Positions 1 to 8,277 of a DNA stretch of 64,000 nucleotides are shown here, one piece after another (the stretch's first letter is position 1; the number at the start of each line of letters is the position of its first letter). Below the pieces are notes generated by a model. The model saw nothing but the letters and a program-made list of their open reading frames with translations, did not search any database and was not told the origin of the DNA. The position numbers were made by a program, and so were the translations under genes. This stretch comes from a bacterium. Its GTDB lineage: Bacteria > Patescibacteriota > Minisyncoccia > Phycocordibacterales > CAIZLB01. The DNA lies in NCBI GenBank assembly GCA_037142735.1, contig JBAXAB010000002.1, positions 11,988 to 75,987 on the forward strand, read 5' to 3'.

Positions 1-86
1 TATATTTTGAGCCTGAGACAAAACCTCTTGGATTTTATCTTTAAGACTTTGTGGAAGTGTAGTGTTTTGGTCTGTATTCATAATTT

Positions 87-1430
87 TTATTGTTTTATTT
101 TAGCGTCATAAAACCCATCCTTCAGTGCATCGAAATTGGCCTCTAATTGTCCAGTACTCTTGAAATAAACTTTTAAAACCTTAGCGAAATCATTGAATTC
201 AGGTTTCTCATTTTCACCGTAACCAGTTTTTGCCGTAAAATGATCTGCTTGTATAAGAAGATCTGGTCGCTTACTTACAAAATGTTCCGTTATAAATTTA
301 TTAAATAGTTCTAGATATTTTTTGATTTCCATTTTTTCTTTGCCTTTTTCTATAACAGATTCGGCTGCAGGTGGCGCTTCGGCACCTGCATCACCTGCAC
401 CTGAAGAAACTGCCTCTGGTGCAACTTCGATACTCTTTGCAACTGGTTTTTTAGGCTGGCGCTCTTTCATCCCTTGTACCTTTTGAGCCTTGTCTTTATA
501 CACCTTAATCTCGGCCTCTGTTGTAACTATTTTAGCTTGTATGTTTGCCATTCTCTGTGCGTATTCAAGTCTGCTCTGTTGAACCTCAGCGCGACCATTT
601 TCTACTTCACTATTTAGCACTTGAATTGCGTCAAAATTGGCAATTTCCTTATCTGTCATTCCTCCCTGTTTTAATAAAATTATTAAATCTGCTCGATTTT
701 TTTCTATATCATCAACCCTTTCTAGCTGTGCTTTAAAACGAGTTTCATCTACTAATGAAAGGAGTTCCGTTTCCTCTTCGCAAGCTTTTAATTCTTCGAG
801 ACTTCTGGATAGTGGGCCAAGCTTGCTTTCATATTTACTGGCCCATTTATCAACTACTGCGTCTCTTTTTGTCGTGTATGTTTCAACCTTGGAATTTCTA
901 TCTGCTATTTCGGTATTCATCCCGTCTCGTTGCGATTGCAGCTCGTCTTTGGAAGCTTGAATTTCGTCAACTTTTGCTTGTAAAGATTCTAGACCTTGCA
1001 CACCTTGCGCTTTTAAGGATTCTAGTTTGGCGACAATTCCCTGCTGGTTTGTATGCAGATCTAAAATTTTCGAATCTGCCCCTGTGACTTTCTCTTTTAA
1101 AGCAGCCACACCTTTTGAGTGATTATCCATCCAGTGTTGATGGTGGGCAATTTGAATACGACTGACAGCTCGGTCGATTGCAGGGACCTTGCGGACCACT
1201 TCAAGGGCAAAGCTGGCCAAAGATCTAGCTGCTCCACCCATCTTTTGAAAAACATTTCGATTGTCTTTATTCAAGACTGCTTCTGGCTCTGGTGCTTCTT
1301 CAGTTAATACTTCTAGCTTTCCTGCCTCAGTATCATTAGTATCAGCGAGTTTTTCTGGAATGACAGGAGCGTCTGGTTTTAATTCAACTTTTAATTCAAC
1401 AGGTGTGTCTAAAAATTCGACTGACGTCAT
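87..1430 (-). CDS. hypothetical charged coiled-coil protein
   Basis: 447-aa ORF rich in Glu/Lys/Gln/Ala with heptad-like periodicity and an acidic N-terminus; no catalytic motif recognised. Confidence 0.45.
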   Translation of the reverse strand: MTSVEFLDTPVELKVELKPDAPVIPEKLADTNDTEAGKLEVLTEEAPEPEAVLNKDNRNVFQKMGGAARSLASFALEVVRKVPAIDRAVSRIQIAHHQHWMDNHSKGVAALKEKVTGADSKILDLHTNQQGIVAKLESLKAQGVQGLESLQAKVDEIQASKDELQSQRDGMNTEIADRNSKVETYTTKRDAVVDKWASKYESKLGPLSRSLEELKACEEETELLSLVDETRFKAQLERVDDIEKNRADLIILLKQGGMTDKEIANFDAIQVLNSEVENGRAEVQQSRLEYAQRMANIQAKIVTTEAEIKVYKDKAQKVQGMKERQPKKPVAKSIEVAPEAVSSGAGDAGAEAPPAAESVIEKGKEKMEIKKYLELFNKFITEHFVSKRPDLLIQADHFTAKTGYGENEKPEFNDFAKVLKVYFKSTGQLEANFDALKDGFYDAKIKQ

Positions 1431-1476
1431 TGGCTTAAATTATGATAGATAATTAATTAAAAGTATACCACGACAC

Positions 1477-2031
1477 CTAATCCTTCCAATGGATATCCTT
1501 CTGGTCGCGTATGGTGCAAACTTTGGCTTGGAATTCTGTGCGCCCTGAACCGTCTTTGTACGCATAATAATGTGAAGGATTCTTGCTGGAATAATTTTGA
1601 TGGTAATCTTCCGCATTATAAAATGGCATTTCTGGAAGAACCTTTACAGAAATAGGTTTATCGTACAATTTGCTGTCTTCAAGCTCTTTGATCAAGTTTT
1701 CGGCCGCAGTCTTTTCTTCTTCATTTTTATAATAAATGGCAGTAGTGTAAGCAGAACCTCTATCGAAGAATTGACCGCCTGCATCTGTCGGATCAATATG
1801 GTCCAGAAAAAATTGAGTCATTTTTTTAAAAGTAGTGAGGTTTGCGTCATATACAACTTTGACTGCTTCTCTATGCCCCGTGTGATTCTCGTAGCTAGGA
1901 TTATCTGATTGTCCACCAGTGTAACCAGAAACAACGTCGATCACCCCAGAAACCTTTCTAAGGTCACTCTCGGTACACCAAAAACATCCACCCGCATAAA
2001 CAGCATTATTTAATTTTTCTTGATCAATCAT
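1477..2031 (-). CDS. msrA: peptide methionine sulfoxide reductase MsrA
   Basis: 184 aa; N-terminal GGCFWC active-site motif and MsrA-like sequence throughout. Confidence 0.85.
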   Translation of the reverse strand: MIDQEKLNNAVYAGGCFWCTESDLRKVSGVIDVVSGYTGGQSDNPSYENHTGHREAVKVVYDANLTTFKKMTQFFLDHIDPTDAGGQFFDRGSAYTTAIYYKNEEEKTAAENLIKELEDSKLYDKPISVKVLPEMPFYNAEDYHQNYSSKNPSHYYAYKDGSGRTEFQAKVCTIRDQKDIHWKD

Positions 2032-2063
2032 ATTATTTTAATTCTACTGTATAAAAAGGTGTC

Positions 2064-2315
2064 TTGCTATACGTAACCTGTCGGTATAGTATAATTGCCA
2101 ACATGCAGGCTTTGCTTAACTATAAAGAGTGGCTAGAAATAGGGCTTTTAATCGGTATGACCATCTATTGGAGCTTTGTTTTTATAGTCATTTACCACCT
2201 TATTCGTTTCGGGGTTGGCACATTACCTAAGAAAATTGCGGTGATCTTTCTGGCTGGTGGCATTATGCTATCAATGATCACTATTTTATTCTTTGCTCAA
2301 ATGTTTAACGGGTAG
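2064..2315 (+). CDS. small hypothetical membrane protein
   Basis: 83-aa ORF with two hydrophobic helices; sits directly upstream of the next membrane protein gene. Confidence 0.35.
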   Translation: MLYVTCRYSIIANMQALLNYKEWLEIGLLIGMTIYWSFVFIVIYHLIRFGVGTLPKKIAVIFLAGGIMLSMITILFFAQMFNG

Positions 2316-2327
2316 CAATCACATATT

Positions 2328-3011
2328 ATGACAAACTTATTTTCAATTTTCACAAGCTCTTCAAATTCATTCGAAGGAAAACACGATGATGAGGTTGTAT
2401 TGCTTTATTTACATCGCCATTGGTACACACTCGTAAGTAAATTGGTCTACTTATTTCTTGGATCACTCCTTCCTTTTTTACTTATATACGTATTCGGTAC
2501 GTTGATTGTGCATTATCAATTAGCAAGTTTGGTAGTTTTTTTATGGTCGGCCTACTATATGATTTTGTGGTACGTCTTTGGTTACATAATTACCATGTAT
2601 TCCATGGATATTTGGATAGTCACCAATCAACGAATCATTGACAGCTATCAGCAAGGATTCTTTAACCGCTCGGTTTCAGAAGTGGGACTAGAAAACATCC
2701 AAGATATCTCAATTAAAATTGTAGGCGCTATACCAACAGCTTTCAATTACGGAGACATCGAGGTGCAATCTGCAGCAGCCGTTGATCGTTTTAACTTTGA
2801 CCACATACCCGACCCACAAGGAGTAAAAGATGTTATTTCAAAAGCTATAGGTGAGTTTAAGGCCAATCATTTTAAAGACGAAGCCTTTGAGGTGGTCCGT
2901 CAGGTAGAAAAAGCCAAAGTTGATACCTACACGCCAGCCGAACCTTCTGAATACACCGGAACTGGCGATGAGACCCCTACAGAAAATGTGCCTGAAAACC
3001 TGCCTCAGTAA
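2328..3011 (+). CDS. membrane protein with membrane-flanked PH-like (YdbS/YdbT-like) N-terminal region
   Basis: 227 aa; N-terminal 'LYLHRHWYTL' followed by two TM helices, typical of bPH_2-type proteins; acidic C-terminal tail. Confidence 0.4.
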   Translation: MTNLFSIFTSSSNSFEGKHDDEVVLLYLHRHWYTLVSKLVYLFLGSLLPFLLIYVFGTLIVHYQLASLVVFLWSAYYMILWYVFGYIITMYSMDIWIVTNQRIIDSYQQGFFNRSVSEVGLENIQDISIKIVGAIPTAFNYGDIEVQSAAAVDRFNFDHIPDPQGVKDVISKAIGEFKANHFKDEAFEVVRQVEKAKVDTYTPAEPSEYTGTGDETPTENVPENLPQ

Positions 3012-3032
3012 ATCCCTACCACCTGCTAAAGT

Positions 3033-3080
3033 AGAGACAAAACAAAAACGCCCATCGATGGGCGCTTTTGTTTTGTCTCT
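3033..3080. terminator. bidirectional rho-independent terminator (near-perfect 24-bp stem)
   Basis: agagacaaaacaaaaacgcccatc/gatgggcgcttttgttttgtctct hairpin with A/T runs on both sides, between convergent genes. Confidence 0.6.
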
Positions 3081-3091
3081 TTAGATTGAGA

Positions 3092-3367
3092 TTATTTGGC
3101 TGTAGCCTTTTTAACCATAGCAGCAAGTCTAGACTTCTTTCGAGCGGCTGTGTTCTTCTTTAAAGTACCTGATTTTGTTGCCTTATCGATAACTGCGTAT
3201 GCGAGAGAGAGCATTTTTAATGCTTCTTTTGCATTCTTTTTATCACTTAATAAGAATTTTTTAAGACCTTTTGACGCTTCGTCTGCATTTTTCTTTCGGC
3301 GTCCATTGAAAGAACGCTTTCTTAGAGAAGAGCGGAGGGCTTTTTTGGCTGATGATGTAATTGGCAT
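3092..3367 (-). CDS. rpsT: 30S ribosomal protein S20
   Basis: Lys/Ala/Arg-rich 91-aa product starting MPITSSAKKALRSS. Internal ATG chosen over the longer ORF-track start. Confidence 0.8.
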   Translation of the reverse strand: MPITSSAKKALRSSLRKRSFNGRRKKNADEASKGLKKFLLSDKKNAKEALKMLSLAYAVIDKATKSGTLKKNTAARKKSRLAAMVKKATAK

Positions 3368-3426
3368 AGTAGGGCTAGGATAACAGAATATATATAATTT
3401 GGCAATATTTTTGCTATAATCAACCC

Positions 3427-3996
3427 ATGATTGCACAACTTACTGGAACGGTAGCTTATATTGATTTAAAATTCATCATCCTTAATGTGAACAATGTTGG
3501 ATACAAAGTATTCACAACAAACGATGAACTCTCTACCCTCTCGGTTGGATCAGAGCGAGCATTTTGGATACATAGCACCATACGAGAGGATGCATTTGAT
3601 TTATATGGTTTTACTAAAAAAGAGAATCATGATTTTTTCGAGCTTCTCATCACGGTGTCTGGGATAGGACCCAAGTCCGCCTTAGGGATTTTATCGGTTG
3701 CTAGCGTAGAAAGCCTACGCGAAGCGATTGTTTCCGGAGAGACGTCATATATCACAAAGATAGGTGGTATCAGTAAAAAGATTGCAGAAAAAATCACAAT
3801 AGAGCTTCGTGGAAAAGTAACCAGTGATGAAGGTGAATTCTCTAAAGGGAGAGGTAAAAATGACGCTGATGCCCTTGATGCATTACGTGCGCTCGGATAT
3901 AGTCACAAAGAGGCTCGTGAGGCGCTAGAAAAGGTCCCAGCTACAATCAAGGACCCTGGAGAGAAGGTTAAAGCCGCACTGAAGAATCTCGCCTAA
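3427..3996 (+). CDS. ruvA: Holliday junction DNA helicase RuvA
   Basis: 189 aa; RuvA N-terminal OB domain, HhH region (GIGPKSA) and C-terminal domain; -10 TATAAT just upstream. Confidence 0.85.
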   Translation: MIAQLTGTVAYIDLKFIILNVNNVGYKVFTTNDELSTLSVGSERAFWIHSTIREDAFDLYGFTKKENHDFFELLITVSGIGPKSALGILSVASVESLREAIVSGETSYITKIGGISKKIAEKITIELRGKVTSDEGEFSKGRGKNDADALDALRALGYSHKEAREALEKVPATIKDPGEKVKAALKNLA

Positions 3997-3997
3997 T

Positions 3998-4891
3998 ATG
4001 CCGGAATTGCCAGAGGTAGAAACAACTTCACAGATGTTAAACAGGTTCGTTAAAGGACGAATGATTTTAGATGTTTGGACTGACTACAATAGCCCCTACT
4101 ATACAGGAAAGGATAATGTTAAGAATCCAGTTTATTTTAAGAAATTTAGGAAAGAAGTTAGTGGTAAAAAAATTGAGAAAGTTTTTCGTAGAGCAAAAAA
4201 TGTTTTGATTGATATTGAAGGAAAAAATACGATTTTGGTCCATATGAAAATGACCGGGCATTTATTGTATGGAAAGTATAAGTTTGAAAAGAAGAAGTGG
4301 GTACCAGAAGATCCAAAAAGCGCATTCGCTGATCCATTTAGTCGGTTCGTGCATTTGGTTTTCATTTTAGACAATGGAATGCATATCGCTTTTTCTGATA
4401 TGCGAAAGTTTGCGACGGTTACATTAGTTGATGATTTAGATACACATTTTAAGAAGATTGGCCCTGAACCTTTAGACGACAGTTTTACAGTAGAAGTTTT
4501 AAAAGAAAGGTTAAACAAGCAACCTAACGGAGCGGTAAAAACTGTTTTAATGAATCATGAAATTGTGGCAGGTATTGGGAATATTTATAGTGATGAAATT
4601 TTGTGGACGGCGGGAGTTCATCCTGAGAGAAAAGTATCGAAGATTAGTGATAAGGAATTGAAAGATATTCATAAGTGGATCAAGACCATCTTGCGCAAAG
4701 GAATTGATTTTGGAGGAGACTCTATGAGTGATTACAGAAATCCTATGGGTGAAAAAGGAAGTTTTCATCATGAGCATAATGCGTATAGAAGGACGGGGCA
4801 ACCTTGTGCAAGGAAGGGTTGCGAAGGAACAATTCGACGTAAAGTGATTGGCCAAAGATCAGCGCATTTTTGCGATGTGCATCAGAAATAA
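3998..4891 (+). CDS. mutM: formamidopyrimidine-DNA glycosylase
   Basis: N-terminal MPELPEVE catalytic motif and C-terminal zinc finger (CxxC...CxxC); 2-nt spacing after ruvA. Confidence 0.85.
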   Translation: MPELPEVETTSQMLNRFVKGRMILDVWTDYNSPYYTGKDNVKNPVYFKKFRKEVSGKKIEKVFRRAKNVLIDIEGKNTILVHMKMTGHLLYGKYKFEKKKWVPEDPKSAFADPFSRFVHLVFILDNGMHIAFSDMRKFATVTLVDDLDTHFKKIGPEPLDDSFTVEVLKERLNKQPNGAVKTVLMNHEIVAGIGNIYSDEILWTAGVHPERKVSKISDKELKDIHKWIKTILRKGIDFGGDSMSDYRNPMGEKGSFHHEHNAYRRTGQPCARKGCEGTIRRKVIGQRSAHFCDVHQK

Positions 4892-4914
4892 AAGGACCTG
4901 AGATTCACGTCCAT

Positions 4915-5385
4915 TTACACCCCCAATATCCTAAACAACACGACAGCACCAGCAACGGACACATTCAACGACTCCTTCTCCCCTTTCATAGGGATTTCCG
5001 CCACAATATCGCACATCTTTAGTAAATTTTTTGGAGCACCGTCAACTTCATTCCATAAAATAATTGCAGTGTCACCTTTTACTTTTACCTTTTTGTAATC
5101 GACAGAATTTTTAGATTGTTCGATTGCAATAATTGTAAATTTTTCTTTCTTAAGTTCTTTTAAGACTTTCTTAATGTCTTTTTCATGTCGCCATGATACG
5201 GATTTTTCTGCTCCGAGGGCTGTCTTTGCAATCTCTTTTACTGGGCGGTTGAACTTATCGATTGGTGTTGGAGTGTAGCCACTGAGGATGATTTCGTTTA
5301 TTCCAACACAGTCTGCAGTGCGAAAAAGTGACCCCACATTGTGGTTACTTCGGATGTCGTGAAGGATAAGGATGGTTTTCTTCAT
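4915..5385 (-). CDS. SpoU/TrmH-family RNA 2'-O-methyltransferase
   Basis: 156 aa; SPOUT-class motifs (NVGSLFRTADCVGI ... IAIEQ ... ILWNEVDG). Confidence 0.7.
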   Translation of the reverse strand: MKKTILILHDIRSNHNVGSLFRTADCVGINEIILSGYTPTPIDKFNRPVKEIAKTALGAEKSVSWRHEKDIKKVLKELKKEKFTIIAIEQSKNSVDYKKVKVKGDTAIILWNEVDGAPKNLLKMCDIVAEIPMKGEKESLNVSVAGAVVLFRILGV

Positions 5386-5398
5386 GTGATTCCATGAT

Positions 5399-5426
5399 AC
5401 CCATTGTTAATTAATTGACAATGGGT
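5399..5426. repeat. palindromic motif copy 1 (acccattgtYaattaattRacaatgggt)
   Basis: 28-nt near-perfect palindrome, 14 nt upstream of the SpoU gene start and about 60 nt upstream of tRNA-Lys; second copy at 60560-60601. Confidence 0.5.
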
Positions 5427-5489
5427 ATGGGAAAAACTCCTTTAAAAGTTGGACTTTCGGCTATTTTCTGGTATATTTTTGCTCTATAT

Positions 5490-5562
5490 GCGCCCGTAGC
5501 TCAGTCGGTAGAGCACCTGCCTTTTAAGCAGAGGGTCGTTGGTTCGATTCCAACCGGGCGCA
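5490..5562 (+). tRNA. tRNA-Lys (anticodon TTT)
   Basis: 73-nt cloverleaf: acceptor gcgcccg/cgggcgc, D-arm gctc/gagc, anticodon loop cttttaa, T-loop ttcgatt; CCA not encoded; -35/-10-like TTGGAC..TATATT upstream. Confidence 0.85.
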
Positions 5563-5651
5563 CAGACGATTTTTAGATCTATTTTATTTGATTAAAGTGA
5601 GGATCGATTCCAGTAGACTGCACAAAAGGTTAGAGGATGACGTATTCTGAG

Positions 5652-5966
5652 TTAGTGTGTTTTTCTAACTGCTTTAATCACTGTGAATATACCTCCTATA
5701 AAGATGACAAGAAAAACAATGCTGGTGAATATCTCAAGGAGCAAAGTGTTGAAGCTTCCATTAATAATAGGCAGGTCAAAAAAGAACCCGATAAACACAT
5801 ATGCACCGCCTGTAGCCGGAATAGAAATAAAAGAAAGAAGTATAAGAAGTAACCCTTTAATAATATTTTCCAAGCGAGTAGGAACTTTTTTGAGGGGGAG
5901 ATTTTTATCCGATTCCATACAATTATTATACAGCAAGAAGATAACATGAACAAAGTGTCGTATCAC
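5652..5966 (-). CDS. small hypothetical membrane protein
   Basis: 104-aa ORF with two to three hydrophobic helices; the overlapping plus-strand ORFs look spurious. Confidence 0.4.
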   Translation of the reverse strand: MIRHFVHVIFLLYNNCMESDKNLPLKKVPTRLENIIKGLLLILLSFISIPATGGAYVFIGFFFDLPIINGSFNTLLLEIFTSIVFLVIFIGGIFTVIKAVRKTH

Positions 5967-5976
5967 TTCACAAAAC

Positions 5977-6004
5977 AGGTTCTAACGTCATCCACTAGAC
6001 TGCA
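5977..6004. repeat. 28-nt direct repeat copy A (aggttctaacGtcatccactagactgca)
   Basis: 27/28 identical to copy at 6559-6586; partial third copy ccagtagactgca at 5609-5621. Confidence 0.6.
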
Positions 6005-6071
6005 CCTGTTCATAGAATCATATTTTCCAACGTAAATTTTTGTGAGTTTGTTGGAAATTGGAACTTAACCC

Positions 6072-6560
6072 ATGTTGGGTGGAATCGAACCTCTGATATA
6101 CTTAAAATTAATGAAAAAAGGGTTTTTAGCAAAGATATTTTTTGTGACAGTATTGGTTGCTTTACTGTCATATTTTTCATACATAACATTTGTCCTTGTC
6201 ACAGATCAGTTGCATATGGAAAAAACAGCTTACAGATCTGAGGGAACGGTGGTCTCCTTTCCTATAAGAAAAAGTCTTTTAAAATTAAGACATGGTGTTA
6301 TGACTAATACAAACTACTTCACCAATATTCAATATGTAACCAAAGAAGGTGAGACTAGAATCTTTACTTCCTATCTAGCGAGCAGTAAGCCAGCCTATAG
6401 TATTGGTGAGAAGGTAAAGATTCTTATACCTTCTGACGGTGGAGACCCTCAGGTAGATTCTTTTACTGCATCGTGGGTTGGACCAATTATTCTTGGGGTA
6501 TTTGTATTACTAAACCTGCTTATTCTTTTGTACACAATATATAGATTTTATTTAAAGTAG
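6072..6560 (+). CDS. hypothetical membrane protein (two TM helices flanking a beta-rich domain, DUF3592-like architecture)
   Basis: 162 aa; N- and C-terminal hydrophobic helices; flanked by the 28-nt direct repeats. Confidence 0.4.
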   Translation: MLGGIEPLIYLKLMKKGFLAKIFFVTVLVALLSYFSYITFVLVTDQLHMEKTAYRSEGTVVSFPIRKSLLKLRHGVMTNTNYFTNIQYVTKEGETRIFTSYLASSKPAYSIGEKVKILIPSDGGDPQVDSFTASWVGPIILGVFVLLNLLILLYTIYRFYLK

Positions 6561-6586
6561 GTTCTAACATCATCCACTAGACTGCA
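6559..6586. repeat. 28-nt direct repeat copy B
   Basis: aggttctaacAtcatccactagactgca; lies about 30 nt upstream of a TATATAAT -10 preceding ORF 6631. Confidence 0.6.
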
Positions 6587-6630
6587 TAAAAACTGTTCAA
6601 GCTTATCTTGTGCCTATATAATAGGAACAT

Positions 6631-6909
6631 ATGGCAGTAGAATTCGAAGAAGAAAATTACAACAAATATAGATCCCAAACCCTCCTAGGCGGACCCCAAA
6701 CATCCAAAATGACCAGGTGGCTGGTCAAGATAGGAATTGTAAAAAATGAGAGACATGCAAACTATATACTATGGGGAGTGTTTATCCTCTCTATTATTGT
6801 AATATTTTCTATTATTTTTTTTAATCCATTATCGGCGAAAAACGGACTACCTAGTGGTTACAAATTAACAGCAGAACAAGGACAACTACCTAGAATGGTA
6901 CCCAGATAA
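6631..6909 (+). CDS. small hypothetical membrane protein
   Basis: 92 aa, single TM helix; TATATAAT -10 element 9 nt upstream. Confidence 0.4.
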   Translation: MAVEFEEENYNKYRSQTLLGGPQTSKMTRWLVKIGIVKNERHANYILWGVFILSIIVIFSIIFFNPLSAKNGLPSGYKLTAEQGQLPRMVPR

Positions 6910-6916
6910 CACTTTC

Positions 6917-7513
6917 ATGAAAAAAGATAAATCAAATGGTGGCTTTACCCTTATAGAACTTCTTGTTGTCCTTTCAATCATCGGAGTTTTAGCGGCTATT
7001 ATAATGGCGAGCTTAAACACTGCTCGTGCCAACTCGCGTGACATGGTCAGAAAACAAGAATTAGTTCAACTTAGAAATGCGCTAGAGGTTTATCGCACCA
7101 CCCACAACTCGTACCCTTCAACCGGCGGAGTATGGTACGCATCGATTCCAGGTGGCGAGACGGCCAGTAACCCTGTTCTGAGCGACAATGGAGGAGATTG
7201 GATACCAGGGTTAGTACAATCTAAAGCAATAGCTAAACTGCCCCAAGACCCAATAGGTGGAATATCTACCATTCCTGACTGTGCAGTAGATGGTTGGCAT
7301 AAAACCTTTTTATACCAATCGAATGGCACTGATTACAAAATTGTTTCTCACTGTGCACCTGAGGGCACATGGACCACTAAAGACCAATTTTATGATCCCG
7401 CTCCCAGAGCATACTGGGCCTGGATGATCACAAGTAACCCCGCCAAACAACCAGGAAACAACGGGACTGACTGTAACCCGCAGTTTGACGTAAATTATCC
7501 TGCGTGTTGGTAA
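6917..7513 (+). CDS. type IV pilin-like protein (prepilin-type N-terminal cleavage/methylation domain)
   Basis: N-terminus KSNGG|FTLIELLVVLSIIGVLAAI is the class III signal peptide with conserved Glu+5; Cys pair near the C-terminus. Confidence 0.7.
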   Translation: MKKDKSNGGFTLIELLVVLSIIGVLAAIIMASLNTARANSRDMVRKQELVQLRNALEVYRTTHNSYPSTGGVWYASIPGGETASNPVLSDNGGDWIPGLVQSKAIAKLPQDPIGGISTIPDCAVDGWHKTFLYQSNGTDYKIVSHCAPEGTWTTKDQFYDPAPRAYWAWMITSNPAKQPGNNGTDCNPQFDVNYPACW

Positions 7514-7538
7514 AACCTACCGATGCACAAGAACCGAA

Positions 7539-8273
7539 CTATCTCCCCCACCTCACAATCAACCTTTCTATAGTGTTATAAAAATCAATTTTTCCTCGGT
7601 GTGCGAGATGATACATTTCGAATAAAGAATTTAATACCTGATCCAAATCTTCTGCTTTCCACTTTAAACTTGCTGATTTTGCATTTTTGAAGACATACGG
7701 ACCAAGGTCGGCACCTACAGCGGACTGTGCAGTACTCGCTAATCTGACAGCTTTCATTTGCCACCACAAAACCCCATGAACTTCCTCAGGCGCCAATTTT
7801 AAATCTAAGAGTGCATGAAAATATTTTTCGGTTTTTTGAAATTCTCGATTGGCAAACGACATAGCAAAAGCAAAAGTTGGAGCTTCATTTTTCCTAGGTT
7901 CATTAATGGGTATTTTTTTAAGCAGGAGTTCTTGTGATTTCTGAGCAACTTTTTTAATTTTTTCTTTGTTCTTTTCAGTAATATTTCCTTCAGCAATAAT
8001 ACACACATGATCTGCCGATTTCATTTGTGGGAGAAAATCTACAAGTTCTGAAAAGGCCTCTTTGTTTTCTGAAATAAAATTAAAAACAATTATATATTTA
8101 GAAAGAAATAGACCTTGAGCATTTAAAAGTTCTTGAACATATTCAGACCTCCAAGACCCGCCTTCAATTTTAAAAACGGATGCGTCCTTTTGTTTAGCCA
8201 ACAAAGCATCCACGGTCGCTGTGATTTTTTCTTTAACTTTTTTAATATCATCACCGTAAATAAATAAAATCAT
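7539..8273 (-). CDS. DNA polymerase III delta subunit (HolA)-like
   Basis: 244 aa; weak HolA-like pattern; immediately downstream of polA; start set at MILFIYGDD to avoid overlap with the polA stop. Confidence 0.4.
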   Translation of the reverse strand: MILFIYGDDIKKVKEKITATVDALLAKQKDASVFKIEGGSWRSEYVQELLNAQGLFLSKYIIVFNFISENKEAFSELVDFLPQMKSADHVCIIAEGNITEKNKEKIKKVAQKSQELLLKKIPINEPRKNEAPTFAFAMSFANREFQKTEKYFHALLDLKLAPEEVHGVLWWQMKAVRLASTAQSAVGADLGPYVFKNAKSASLKWKAEDLDQVLNSLFEMYHLAHRGKIDFYNTIERLIVRWGR

Positions 8274-8277
8274 TTTT

